Assembly (NCBI GenBank): GCA_963422735.1
Contig: OY730476.1
Span: 2,752,001 to 2,816,000 of the forward strand
DNA length: 64,000 nucleotides
From: Candidatus Latescibacterota bacterium
GTDB lineage: Bacteria; Latescibacterota; UBA2968; UBA8231
Direction of reading: 5' to 3'
The notes beneath the pieces were generated by a model. It had not been told where the DNA came from and searched no databases. It worked only from the letters and a program-made list of their open reading frames with translations. The first letter of the stretch is position 1. The number at the start of each line of letters is the position of its first letter. Made by a program: the position numbers and the translations under genes. Shown here piece after piece: positions 1 through 10,022 of this stretch.

Positions 1-532
1 TGGACTCATGCGCACCCACACCTCCACGGTGCAGATTCGCGTCATGGAGCAAACGCCGCCTCCGGTGCGGATCATCTCGTTGGGACGCTGCTACCGCAAG
101 GAGACAGTCGATGCAACCCATCACTTCGCCTTCCACCAGATCGAGGGCCTATACGTCAACCACAGGGTCTCTTTCGCCGATTTGAAGGGCACTATTGAGG
201 CCATGGGACGCCAGCTTATGGGCGAGGAGACCCGAGTGCGCTTTCGGCCTCACTTCTTTCCCTTTACTGAGCCAAGCGTGGAATACGATTTCACCTGCAT
301 CTGCAAAGGGCAACGCGCGAACTGCTCCATCTGCAAGGGAACGGGTTGGATCGAAATCGCCGGGGCTGGCATGGTCAATCCGGCTGTCTTTGCCGCGGTG
401 GGCTACGACCCAGAGGAATACACTGGCTTCGCCTTCGGCATGGGATTGGAGCGGATCGCCATGATTCGGCACGGCATCGACGACGTGCGGCGCTTCCTCG
501 ACAACGACTTGCGGTTCATCCGACAGTTCTGA
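1..532 (+). CDS. pheS: Phenylalanine-tRNA ligase alpha subunit (5'-truncated by window)
   Basis: Motifs RTHTS, FHQIEG, FPFTEPS, GFAFGMGLERIAM; directly upstream of pheT. Confidence 0.97.
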   Translation, partial: GLMRTHTSTVQIRVMEQTPPPVRIISLGRCYRKETVDATHHFAFHQIEGLYVNHRVSFADLKGTIEAMGRQLMGEETRVRFRPHFFPFTEPSVEYDFTCICKGQRANCSICKGTGWIEIAGAGMVNPAVFAAVGYDPEEYTGFAFGMGLERIAMIRHGIDDVRRFLDNDLRFIRQF

Positions 533-549
533 GGTCTCAGTAACGCCTT

Positions 550-2928
550 ATGAAAATCACGTACAACTGGCTCAAGGAATACGTGGACTTCGCCTGGGAT
601 TGGCCCGAGCTAGCCGAGCACCTGACTATGGCAGGCTTGGCATTCGAGGGCGTCGAGGATCTCGGTGCGCGCTACGAGGGCGTCGTCATCGGCCGCGTCA
701 ACTCCTGTCGCCCACACGAAAACGCCGATCGCTTGACTGTCTGCCAAGTCGATGTGGGGACCGGGGTCAACACCATCGTCTGCGGAGCACCCAATGTCGC
801 GACCGGGCAAACCGTCGCCGTCGCCCTACCCGGCACCGAGCTACCCGGAGGCATGCTGATCAAAAAAGCCAAAATCCGCGGCGTCGCATCCGAGGGCATG
901 CTCTGTGCCGAAGACGAGCTCGGGCTAGGCGATAACCACCACGGCATTGTGGTGCTCAACGAGAACCTCGAGGTCGGCACCCCCTTTGCCGCAGCCACTA
1001 GGCGCGGCGACGTGGTCATCGACCTCGAGGTTACGCCCAACCGCCCGGACTGCCTGAGCCTCTTGGGCATTGCCCGCGAGGTCCATGCGCTCACCGGCAA
1101 CCCCCTCCGTTTTCCCAACGTACAGGTGCCCGAAAGCGGACCGGCCACCGCGGAAGACGTGCGGATCGACATCGAGGCACCGGACGATTGCCCGCGCTAC
1201 GTCGGCCGCGTCGTGCGCGGCATCGAGGTTGGCCCCTCGCCCCAGTGGCTCCAGCGCCGACTCCAAGCCGTGGGTCAGCGCCCGATCAACAACATCGTCG
1301 ATATCACTAACTACGTACTGCTGGAATTGGGACATCCTCTGCACGCTTTCGACCTACACGCACTGGACCAGCGGCGCATCATCGTCCGCCGGGCGCGCTC
1401 CGGCGAAACCTTGGAAACTCTCGACGGCACTCAGTGTCAACTCGACGAAGAGATGCTGGTCATCGCCGATGGGACGCGGCCCCAAGCACTAGCCGGGGTC
1501 ATAGGTGGGGCCCATTCCCAAATATCGGCGGCCACTACTGACATTCTGCTCGAAAGCGCGTATTTCGCACCGTCGCGGGTGCGACTGACCCGGTCTCGCC
1601 TAGGGCTTTTCACCGAGGCGGCCACGCGCTTTGAGCGCGGTGCCGATTGGGACGCCCCGGTGCAGGCGATTGACCGCGCCGCTCGCCTAATCGCCGAACT
1701 GGCCGGCGGCGCGGTCGCCCCAGATCCTTTAGACGTGTACCCCCGCCCCGGCCAACGCCGCCAAATCCCGCTCTGCGTCGATCTCACCAACCAGCTCTTG
1801 GCTACGGAGTTAGACTCCGCTGCTATCGTCCAGACTCTCGAGCGTCTCGGCTGCCGGGTCGAATCGGACCGTCCCCTCCTGGTAACGGCCCCGAGCTTCC
1901 GCCCCGATCTAGCTCGCCCGGCCGACCTCATTGAGGAGGTCGGCCGCATCTACGGCTTCGACCTCATCGAGGGCCGCCAAGAGGCATCTGGGCCTTGGAT
2001 CACTCGGCGCGACCCCGAGCTCGCCTTTAGGCAGGTCGCTCGGCAACGGCTCTTGGGCTTGGGTTTGGACGAAGTCGTTAGCAATACGATCGTCGAATCT
2101 CGCTGGCTCGAGTTGGCCGGTGCCGCAGACCAAGCCGCCCGCTTGGCCAATCCGCCGACCGAAACCCAAGACGCCTTGCGCACCACCTTGGTACCGAGCC
2201 TCTTGGATGTCGCGTGCCGCAACTTCAACCAGCGGGCCGCGGGGGTGGCCATTTTTGAGCTAGGCAAATGTTTTGTCGCCGGTGCGGAAAAGGGCGCAAG
2301 ACCCGAGGAAAATTGGCACCTCGCAGCCTTGTGGTCGGGCCGCGTCTCAGCCTCTCCCTATCAGGCCGACGCCCGCGAAGCCGACTTCTTCGACCTCAAG
2401 GGCTTGCTCGAAGCGCTAGTAGGCGAGGGGGATCTGTGCTTTACCCCCGCCGACCGCTCCGAATGCCACTCGGGACACGCGGCCTGCGTCTCCCTCGGCG
2501 GACAGCCCCTCGGCTGGTTGGGCCAAGTTTCGGCCGGCTTATGCGCGGCATTTGATTTAGAGCGTCAAGTACATATTTTTGAAATATCGTTTACCGCGCT
2601 AGTGCGCCATTGGCACGGTCGGGAGCGCTCGTTTTCTGCGCTTCCTAAATTTCCGCCGATTGAGCGCGACTTGGCCGTAGTCGTCCGCGCAGACACTACA
2701 ACTGCCGAACTCATCGCCACCATGAGAGATAGCGCGCCCCGCCTCGTCGAATCCATCGAGGTTTTTGACCTCTATCAAGGGGATCAAATAGAAGAAGGCC
2801 ACAAGAGCATGGCTTTCGCCATCCGTCTGCGCGACCGCGAGCAGACGTTGCAGGACGCTCAGGCCGACGCGGCGATCTCCTCGATGCTCAAGGGTCTCAA
2901 AACGCGATTCGGCGCTCGTTTGCGCTAA
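550..2928 (+). CDS. pheT: Phenylalanine-tRNA ligase beta subunit
   Basis: MKITYNWLKEY start, IVCGAPN, TPNRPDCLS, DLIEEVGRIYG, C-terminal anticodon-binding domain; 792 aa. Confidence 0.97.
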   Translation: MKITYNWLKEYVDFAWDWPELAEHLTMAGLAFEGVEDLGARYEGVVIGRVNSCRPHENADRLTVCQVDVGTGVNTIVCGAPNVATGQTVAVALPGTELPGGMLIKKAKIRGVASEGMLCAEDELGLGDNHHGIVVLNENLEVGTPFAAATRRGDVVIDLEVTPNRPDCLSLLGIAREVHALTGNPLRFPNVQVPESGPATAEDVRIDIEAPDDCPRYVGRVVRGIEVGPSPQWLQRRLQAVGQRPINNIVDITNYVLLELGHPLHAFDLHALDQRRIIVRRARSGETLETLDGTQCQLDEEMLVIADGTRPQALAGVIGGAHSQISAATTDILLESAYFAPSRVRLTRSRLGLFTEAATRFERGADWDAPVQAIDRAARLIAELAGGAVAPDPLDVYPRPGQRRQIPLCVDLTNQLLATELDSAAIVQTLERLGCRVESDRPLLVTAPSFRPDLARPADLIEEVGRIYGFDLIEGRQEASGPWITRRDPELAFRQVARQRLLGLGLDEVVSNTIVESRWLELAGAADQAARLANPPTETQDALRTTLVPSLLDVACRNFNQRAAGVAIFELGKCFVAGAEKGARPEENWHLAALWSGRVSASPYQADAREADFFDLKGLLEALVGEGDLCFTPADRSECHSGHAACVSLGGQPLGWLGQVSAGLCAAFDLERQVHIFEISFTALVRHWHGRERSFSALPKFPPIERDLAVVVRADTTTAELIATMRDSAPRLVESIEVFDLYQGDQIEEGHKSMAFAIRLRDREQTLQDAQADAAISSMLKGLKTRFGARLR

Positions 2929-2961
2929 TCCCAACCTCAAAATCAGGAGTACAGCCGCCCA

Positions 2962-3243
2962 ATGGATGTAAACGAAAATTTTGAACGCCTTGAGCACCAC
3001 ATCAACCGCCTGACGGGAGTACTCGAAACGCTCCGCAAGGAAAACGACGAGCTAAATGGGCAGATCGAGAGCCTCCAAGAAAGAAATGACACCCTGCAGG
3101 CAGACATCGAGAGCCTCCAAGAAAAAATTAGCGTCGCCAGCAGTGAAAACGAACAGTTCAAAAGGGACAAAGAAGCGGTGAAGGGACGCATCGAACAGCT
3201 CCTCACCCGCTTGGACAACGCCGTCAGCAGTGAAAACGAATAG
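2962..3243 (+). CDS. zapB: ZapB-like coiled-coil cell division protein
   Basis: 93-aa coiled coil between pheT and zapA; AGGAG RBS. Confidence 0.7.
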   Translation: MDVNENFERLEHHINRLTGVLETLRKENDELNGQIESLQERNDTLQADIESLQEKISVASSENEQFKRDKEAVKGRIEQLLTRLDNAVSSENE

Positions 3244-3310
3244 CTCGAGCAGGTCGAAGCGGCCCACATAGCGGTCGAACAGAATAAAGATATCTGAGAA
3301 AGGGGTATAT

Positions 3311-3625
3311 ATGTCGTCCCAAGTAGTGGTCAAAATATTCGACAAGCACTATACCCTAGGAGTTGACCAAGATCATTCTGCCGAACACGTGCAAAAGCTC
3401 GCCGAGATGGTGGACGAACGCATGCTCGAGATCAAGCGCGAGATCAAAGGCGGCTCCCCACTCCAAGTGGCTATCTTGGCTAGTCTGAGCTTGGTGGAGG
3501 AACTTCTATCCCTGCGAGAGGACTACGCTTCCGCCGAAGCCGATATCGCCCTGCGGACTTCTCAGCTCGCCACCTCGCTTGGGCACCTTTTCGCCGAAGT
3601 AGAAGTTCCCCGTTCCGATAGCTAA
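3311..3625 (+). CDS. zapA: Cell division protein ZapA
   Basis: VKIFDKHYTL...LAEMVDERM...VAILASL pattern; pheT-zapA-rny synteny. Confidence 0.88.
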   Translation: MSSQVVVKIFDKHYTLGVDQDHSAEHVQKLAEMVDERMLEIKREIKGGSPLQVAILASLSLVEELLSLREDYASAEADIALRTSQLATSLGHLFAEVEVPRSDS

Positions 3626-3665
3626 AGCAGTATTCTGAGCCGGGTTCGCCCTGTGCTCTGGCCCG

Positions 3666-5279
3666 ATGCCTGAAGGCGTCGAGACCAATGAGAAAGAGAT
3701 ACCCGTGCTTGATGGGTTTGACTATATCGTCCTAATCTGTTCTGCCTTCGCCTTTTTCGCCGGCGGCTGTCTCCTCGGCTGGCTAGGGAGCGAGCGGCTG
3801 CACAACAGCAGGCTGCGCAGCACCCAAGCCACCGCCGATCAGATCGTCGCCCGCGCCCACCAAGAAGCCGAGGTCCTAAAAAAAAATGCCTTGCTCGAAG
3901 CGAGAGGCAAATGGCACAGTGAGCGCGCCCCACTAGAAAAAGAGCAAGAGACACAAAAGCGCACGATGCGCGACCTCGCGGCCAAGCTGCTAGAGCGCGA
4001 ACAGCAACTAGAGCGCAAGATAGACCTGCTCACGAGTAAGGAGCGCGAACAGCTCAAGAACGAGCAGGACCTCGATCGCCGCGAAGCAGCCATAACTGCA
4101 GCAGAGACGCAAGCACAGGACCTCGTCCGCGAGCAGAGTAGGCTGCTGGAAGAGCTGGCTGGCATCAGCCAGCAAGAGGCCCGGCGTATACTCGTTGATC
4201 AGCTGGAGGGAGGCGCACGCCGAGTCGCCGCCCGCAAGGTCCGCGAGATCAAGGACACCGCGATTGCCACAGCCAACCTAGAGGCCAAGGAAATTATCAC
4301 TCGCGCCATCCAGCGCTTCGCCGGGGAACTGACCGTCGAGAGCACTCTTTCGGTGTTGCCCATCCCCTTCGATGACATGAAGGGGCGCATCATCGGTCGC
4401 GACGGGCGCAACATCCGCTCTTTTGAAATGATCACCGGCGTCGAAGTCATCGTCGATGATACTCCTGGCATGGTCATGCTCTCGGGCTATGATCCACTGC
4501 GCCGCGAGGTGGCCAGACATACCCTCGAAACGCTCATCCGCGACGGGCGCATCCACCCCGGGCGCATCGAGGAAGTGTACGACAAGGCTCGCAGCGCCGT
4601 CGAAGAGATGATCCGCGAGTCCGGCTCCAAAGTCGCTTTCGACCTCGACATTCACGACTTGGCCGAGCCGCTATTGGAAATTCTGGGCAAACTCCGCTTC
4701 CGCACCAGCTACGGTCAAAACTTGTTGGTCCACAGCAAGGAAGTCGGGTTTTTGGCCGGCATGATGGCCGAGATGCTCGACCTCGATGTGACGCTGGCCC
4801 GCCGCGCCGGTCTCTTGCACGACATAGGCAAGGCACAGGACTTTGAATTGGGCAACGACCCAGCGCAAAGCAGCGCCGTACTGGCTCGCAAGTGCGGCGA
4901 AAGCCCTGAAGTCGTGCAGATCATCGAAACCCACAGCAAGCACACGCCCTCGCGCTCAGCCCTCGCCGTACTAGTCGAAGCCGCCAACGAAATCTCCACC
5001 CACCGCCCAGGTGCCCGCAAGGAAAAAGTCGAGGAGTACATCCGCCGCTTGCACTATATAGAGGAACTAGCGGCCGACTACGTGGGCGTGAAGCAAGCTT
5101 TTGCCCTGCAAAATGGCAAGGAAATTCGGGTCTTAGTCGATAGCGAGGTGGTGGACGACACGTATGCCGAACAACTCGCCGACGAAATCACCAACAAAAT
5201 CGAGCAACAGCTCGAATACCCCGGACAGTTGCGCGTCTGCATCATTCGCGAGATGCGCGCCGAGTCCTACGCACGGTGA
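3666..5279 (+). CDS. rny: Ribonuclease Y (true start may be slightly downstream)
   Basis: N-terminal TM helix, coiled coil, KH domain (KGRIIGRDGRNIR), HD motif LLHDIGKA, RPGAR. Confidence 0.93.
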   Translation: MPEGVETNEKEIPVLDGFDYIVLICSAFAFFAGGCLLGWLGSERLHNSRLRSTQATADQIVARAHQEAEVLKKNALLEARGKWHSERAPLEKEQETQKRTMRDLAAKLLEREQQLERKIDLLTSKEREQLKNEQDLDRREAAITAAETQAQDLVREQSRLLEELAGISQQEARRILVDQLEGGARRVAARKVREIKDTAIATANLEAKEIITRAIQRFAGELTVESTLSVLPIPFDDMKGRIIGRDGRNIRSFEMITGVEVIVDDTPGMVMLSGYDPLRREVARHTLETLIRDGRIHPGRIEEVYDKARSAVEEMIRESGSKVAFDLDIHDLAEPLLEILGKLRFRTSYGQNLLVHSKEVGFLAGMMAEMLDLDVTLARRAGLLHDIGKAQDFELGNDPAQSSAVLARKCGESPEVVQIIETHSKHTPSRSALAVLVEAANEISTHRPGARKEKVEEYIRRLHYIEELAADYVGVKQAFALQNGKEIRVLVDSEVVDDTYAEQLADEITNKIEQQLEYPGQLRVCIIREMRAESYAR

Positions 5280-6058
5280 ACATTCTCTTCGTCGCCGATA
5301 TCTTTGCCCAACCGGGTCGCCGGGTCGCCGCGGCCCTGATCCCCGAATTGGTGCAAAAACGCGAAGTCTCTCTGGTGATCGCCAACGGCGAAAATGCAGC
5401 CGGAGGGTTTGGCCTCACCGACCGCATCGCGCACAAGCTGCACAGCTACGGCGCCAACATCATCACCAGTGGCAATCACATCTGGGATCGTCGCGAGTTC
5501 ATCCCGTACCTAGACCAATCAGACCGCGTCCTGCGCCCCTTCAACTACCCAAAAGAAGCTCCCGGCACCGGTGCAACCATCGTCGCCGCACGCGGGGGTT
5601 CCCCGGTAGCCGTGCTCTGCCTCCAGGGGCGCACCGGTATGCCCACCATCGACTGTCCCTTCCGCACAGGCCGCGCCGAGGTCGAGCGCCTGCGCGCGGA
5701 GACACCTCTTATTTTTGTGGATTTCCACGCCGAAGCCACGGCCGAGAAAATGGCCATGGGCTTCCATCTCGACGGACTAGCCACCGCTGTCATCGGCACA
5801 CACACCCACGTTCAAACCGCCGATGAGCGCATCCTGCCCAAAGGCACGGCGTACCTAACCGACGCCGGCATGACCGGCACCCACGAATCCGTGATTGGCG
5901 TGCGTCCCGAAATGGCCATCCAACGCTTCCTAACCCAAGTGCCCACCCGCTTCAAGCCCGCCAACGGCAAGGCGGTCCTCTGCGGCGTACTCGTCGAAGC
6001 CAACGAAGCAAGTGGCCGGGCCACCCGAATCGAGCGGTTGCAGCTAGCGGAGCCTTGA
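5276..6058 (+). CDS. ymdB: YmdB-family metallophosphoesterase
   Basis: NGENAAGG, TSGNH, VDFHAEATAEK, GTHTHVQTADE, TDAGMTG; follows rny. Confidence 0.92.
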   Translation: MNILFVADIFAQPGRRVAAALIPELVQKREVSLVIANGENAAGGFGLTDRIAHKLHSYGANIITSGNHIWDRREFIPYLDQSDRVLRPFNYPKEAPGTGATIVAARGGSPVAVLCLQGRTGMPTIDCPFRTGRAEVERLRAETPLIFVDFHAEATAEKMAMGFHLDGLATAVIGTHTHVQTADERILPKGTAYLTDAGMTGTHESVIGVRPEMAIQRFLTQVPTRFKPANGKAVLCGVLVEANEASGRATRIERLQLAEP

Positions 6059-6086
6059 CCTCGCGTCTTCAGCGGCCTATTCTGGT

Positions 6087-6127
6087 GAATTAGGGATTAG
6101 GCGCGACGATACACTAATTCCTAATTC
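6087..6127. terminator. Intergenic hairpin, possible terminator
   Basis: gaattagggattag...ctaattcctaattc imperfect inverted repeat between ymdB and xseA. Confidence 0.4.
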
Positions 6128-6161
6128 CCGATTGATTCCTCGCTTCCCAACCGGAGTACCT

Positions 6162-7406
6162 ATGTCCTTTCGCGAGCCGATCTTCTGGACCGATACCGAA
6201 GATGCAGCCCACCGGCCCTACTCGGTCTCCGAAATCACCAGCCAAGTCAAGAGCCTGCTCGAGGAGAACCTGATCAAGTGCTGGGTCGAGGGCGAGATTT
6301 CTCAGTACAACCACCACAGCTCTGGCCACCGCTATTTTACGCTCAAAGATAACGCGAGCCAGCTAAGCACCGTGATGTTCAAGTGGAAGGCCGGCTCGCT
6401 CTCCTTCATCCCCCAACAGGGCATGCAGGTACTGGTGTACGGATATATCTCCGTCTTCGAGCGCGGGGGGAAGTACCAGCTCTACGCCGAGCAGGTCAAA
6501 CCCGCTGGCGTCGGCGAGCTGGCCATCGCCTTCGAGCAGCTTAAAAACCGCCTAGAGGCGGAAGGGCTTTTCGCCGAACACCGCAAGCGACCGCTGCCCC
6601 CATATCCCCGCAAAATCGGCGTGGTGACCTCGCCGACCGGCGCGGCCATCCGCGACATCATCCAAGTCCTCGACCGCCGCGCCCCGGATATCGAGATCGT
6701 CCTCTGCCCCGCTCGGGTCCAAGGCGAGGGTGCCGCCACTGAGATCGCCGAAGCCGTCGCCAGCTTAAATCAGCTAGACGACATCGACGTGTTGATCGTC
6801 GGCCGCGGTGGCGGTGCTCCAGAAGACCTCTGGCCCTTCAACGACGAAGCCGTCGCTCGGGCCATCTACCAGTCGCCGCAGCCCGTCATCTCCGCCGTTG
6901 GCCACGAGATCGATTACACCATCGCTGACTACGTGGCCGACTGTCGCGCCCCGACTCCCTCGGCCGCGGCCGAAATGGTCGCCCGTGAACGCAGTGCTCT
7001 GCGCGAGCGGGTCGCCGAGCAACAAGGCCGTTTGCTAGCGGAAATAGAGCACTATCTCAGCTCCTTAGAGGAGCGGCTGCGCCACTGCGATCCGAGCCGC
7101 CTACGCGCACGCCTCGACGACCGCCTGCAACAGCAAAGCCTCTACCTCGACGAGCGGTGCCAAGCCCTCTCTACCGCTTTTGATTGGTTTTTGCGCACTC
7201 GGGTCGAGACTCTAGCCAACTCCGCCACCCGCCTCGACGATCTCAGCCCGCTTACGAGCTTAGCGCGCGGTTTTGCTCTAGTGGAACACATCGCCAACAA
7301 ACGCCTCGTCCGCGACGGCAAGGATCTGCAGCCGGGCGATAAACTGCAACTGCGCTTTCGCCGCGGAGGCGCCATCTGCTGTGTGGAGGAGAAACTCGAT
7401 GAGTGA
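6162..7406 (+). CDS. xseA: Exodeoxyribonuclease VII large subunit
   Basis: WVEGEIS, SGHRYFTLKD, VTSPTGAAIRD, GRGGG, SAVGHEID, APTPSAAAE. Confidence 0.95.
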   Translation: MSFREPIFWTDTEDAAHRPYSVSEITSQVKSLLEENLIKCWVEGEISQYNHHSSGHRYFTLKDNASQLSTVMFKWKAGSLSFIPQQGMQVLVYGYISVFERGGKYQLYAEQVKPAGVGELAIAFEQLKNRLEAEGLFAEHRKRPLPPYPRKIGVVTSPTGAAIRDIIQVLDRRAPDIEIVLCPARVQGEGAATEIAEAVASLNQLDDIDVLIVGRGGGAPEDLWPFNDEAVARAIYQSPQPVISAVGHEIDYTIADYVADCRAPTPSAAAEMVARERSALRERVAEQQGRLLAEIEHYLSSLEERLRHCDPSRLRARLDDRLQQQSLYLDERCQALSTAFDWFLRTRVETLANSATRLDDLSPLTSLARGFALVEHIANKRLVRDGKDLQPGDKLQLRFRRGGAICCVEEKLDE

Positions 7407-7629
7407 ATCTTTTGAAGAATCCCTAGCCGTGCTCGAAGAGAGCGTCCAGCGCCTCGAAGGAGGCGACCTCAAGCTCGAAGAGGCCCTCAAAGTATTTGAA
7501 AAAGGCGTCGCCGCCTCGCGCGCCTGCGGCCAGTGGCTCGACCAAACCCGCGAGCGCGTCCAAGTCCTCACCGCCGATGCCGAGGGCCAGTTCCGCCTCT
7601 CCTTTCTGGACGACGAAGACGACCAATAG
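7399..7629 (+). CDS. xseB: Exodeoxyribonuclease VII small subunit
   Basis: SFEESLAVLEESVQRLEGGDLKLEEAL; overlaps xseA stop. Confidence 0.93.
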   Translation: MSESFEESLAVLEESVQRLEGGDLKLEEALKVFEKGVAASRACGQWLDQTRERVQVLTADAEGQFRLSFLDDEDDQ

Positions 7630-7649
7630 CCATCCTTGGCATCGGCCCG

Positions 7650-9338
7650 ATGTTGACTCGCCTCTACATCAAGGACTTTGCCCTCATCGAAGAAGCGGTG
7701 ATCGAATTCGGTCCCGGCCTCAACGTCGTCACCGGCGAGACTGGGGCCGGCAAGTCCATCCTCATCGGTGCCCTCAACTCCATCCTCGGCGGCTCCGTCA
7801 ACGCCGAGTTAGTGCGCAAAGGAGCTAGCTCGTGCGCGGTAGAGGGCTTTTTTGAACTCGAAGACGAAGACCAAGTCGCGCGCTTGGCCGATCTAGGCGT
7901 TTCCTTAGGGGACAGCCAACTCATCCTCCGGCGCGAGATCCGCGACCAAGGCCGCTCGCGAGCCTTTGTCAACGGCCAAGGTCAGCCAATCAAGCAACTA
8001 AAGCAAATCGGCGCGATCTTGGTTGACCTGCACGGCCAACACGAACACCAATCGCTGCTGGACCCCAAGCTCCACGCTCGCTTTCTCGACGCGTTTGCCG
8101 GCCTCGACGACCAGCGCCGCCTCATGGGACAGCAGTGGCGCACTTACCGCGATAATGCAGCCCGTCTAGACCGACTGCGCGCAGAGTGCGACGCGCTCGC
8201 AGCCGAAGACTCGCTGCGCGCCTTCCAGTTAGAAGAGATCCGCCGCCTCGCACCCCGACCGGGCGAAGAACCCGAGTTAGAGCGCGAATTGCAAATCCTC
8301 GAAAACGCCGAGACCCTATCCGAGGGCGGCCTCCAGATCTACGACCTACTCTATCAGCGCGAAGGCGCGGTTTGCGAAGCACTCGGCCAAGTTCGTCGTC
8401 AACTCGACCGACTCCGCGAAATCGACCCTGCACTTGGTTCCCAAGCTGCGGCCTTAGAGGAATTGATCTACGAGGTCGAAGACCTAGCCGGCCAACTCCG
8501 CGACTACGTCCACAGAATCGAGGTGCGTCCCGGGCGGGCCGATGAACTGCGCGAGCGCCTCGACGGCCTGCGCGCCCTAAAAAAGAAATACGGCGGCACT
8601 CTCGATGCCGTCTTAGACTGCGCCCGCGAGCTTTCGGCGCGAGAAGACCGCGCTGACCGCCTCCGCGACGAGCTGGCCCAAGCGGTTAAACACCGCGACC
8701 AAGCACTCGCCGAGTTTGCCACCTATTGCTTAGCTCTTTCTGCAGCTCGCCAGCAGGCCAGCGCCACCTTGTCTCAATCGCTAGTCGCCGCCCTTGGGGA
8801 GTTGGGCATGGCCAAGGCCCAGTTCCACATCGAGTTGGCAACCACCGAAGATTCGGAGGGGACGGTTGAGCGCGACGGGTGTCGCTATGCGGCTGGCGAG
8901 CACGGCATGGAACACGTCGCCTTCCACATTTCCGCCAATGCCGGCGAACCACCGCGACCCCTAGTGCGCATTGCCTCGGGCGGAGAAATTTCGCGCGTGA
9001 TGCTGGCCCTCAAGGAAGTTGTCGCCGGGCGCGACCTCGTTTCGACCTTGGTCTTCGACGAAATCGACGCTGGCATCTCAGGGCGCATCGCCGCGGCCGT
9101 CGGCCGCAAACTACAGGCCCTCGCCGCAGCTCACCAAACCATCGTCATCACCCACCTGCCGCAGATTGCCAGCCTCGCCGACCAGCACTTTTCGGTGCGC
9201 AAGCAGCAAGAGCAGCGGGCCACCACCGAGGTCGTGCTACTCGACGCAACGGCCCGCGCCGAAGAAATTGCCTATCTGTTGGCCGGCGAGACCATTTCGG
9301 ATACAGCGCGCCAACACGCCCGCGAAATGCTGCAATAG
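7650..9338 (+). CDS. recN: DNA repair protein RecN
   Basis: TGETGAGKS, HGQHEH, ASGGEISR, FDEIDAG, ITHLPQIA. Confidence 0.95.
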   Translation: MLTRLYIKDFALIEEAVIEFGPGLNVVTGETGAGKSILIGALNSILGGSVNAELVRKGASSCAVEGFFELEDEDQVARLADLGVSLGDSQLILRREIRDQGRSRAFVNGQGQPIKQLKQIGAILVDLHGQHEHQSLLDPKLHARFLDAFAGLDDQRRLMGQQWRTYRDNAARLDRLRAECDALAAEDSLRAFQLEEIRRLAPRPGEEPELERELQILENAETLSEGGLQIYDLLYQREGAVCEALGQVRRQLDRLREIDPALGSQAAALEELIYEVEDLAGQLRDYVHRIEVRPGRADELRERLDGLRALKKKYGGTLDAVLDCARELSAREDRADRLRDELAQAVKHRDQALAEFATYCLALSAARQQASATLSQSLVAALGELGMAKAQFHIELATTEDSEGTVERDGCRYAAGEHGMEHVAFHISANAGEPPRPLVRIASGGEISRVMLALKEVVAGRDLVSTLVFDEIDAGISGRIAAAVGRKLQALAAAHQTIVITHLPQIASLADQHFSVRKQQEQRATTEVVLLDATARAEEIAYLLAGETISDTARQHAREMLQ

Positions 9339-9345
9339 CCCGGCA

Positions 9346-9870
9346 ATGTTGGCCAATTTCCTCAGCATCCTGCGGGTTCTACTCATCCCCTTCCTGCTCC
9401 ACTTCATTGCCCAAGAGCCGCCAGCCCAACTCCAAGCCGTGCTCCTGCTGCTCATTGCCGGTGCCACGGATATCGGCGATGGCTGGGTGGCACGGCGCTA
9501 CAACCAAGTCTCCCGCCTCGGCAAGATACTCGACCCGCTGGCCGATAAAATTTTCCTCGCCTGCCTGCTCGGCGGGCTAGTCCTCTGGGGCGATTTGCCG
9601 CTGTGGCTCTTGGGGATGCTCTTTGTCCGCGACTTGGGAATCGTACTGGTGGGGGGGCTGCTCTTGCGTTCACGGGGGCTAGTCATTGCCGCCAATTGCT
9701 GGGGCAAATACACGACCCTCTGCATGGCACTTACGGCCCTCAGTTACGTCCTTGAGGCCCCGGCCAGCTTGCGCACGGGGTTAGGCCTAGCAGCAGCGGC
9801 CTTGGTCGTCGTCTCCAGCTCGAGCTACGCGCAGCTAGCACTCAGGCTCTCGCAACGAGATCGAACTTAA
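9346..9870 (+). CDS. CDP-alcohol phosphatidyltransferase (PgsA-like)
   Basis: TDIGDGWVARRYNQVSRLGKILDPLADK signature; hydrophobic helices. Confidence 0.88.
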   Translation: MLANFLSILRVLLIPFLLHFIAQEPPAQLQAVLLLLIAGATDIGDGWVARRYNQVSRLGKILDPLADKIFLACLLGGLVLWGDLPLWLLGMLFVRDLGIVLVGGLLLRSRGLVIAANCWGKYTTLCMALTALSYVLEAPASLRTGLGLAAAALVVVSSSSYAQLALRLSQRDRT

Positions 9871-10022
9871 ATTAGATCAGTTGGGCTGGATCAAGCGATA
9901 CCAGCGCAAATGGGCTTCGTCGAGGCGGCGGCGGTGAGCGTATAGGCCGATCATTTCCACTACCTTGAGCCGCAAGGCTAGCTTGTGCAGATCAACTTTG
10001 CCCACCTGACGCTTTCTGCGTT

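Noticed and set aside
3626-3705. 6S RNA expected between zapA and rny
   Set aside because: The gap is at most ~80 bp, too short for a ~180-nt 6S RNA, and no long hairpin is evident
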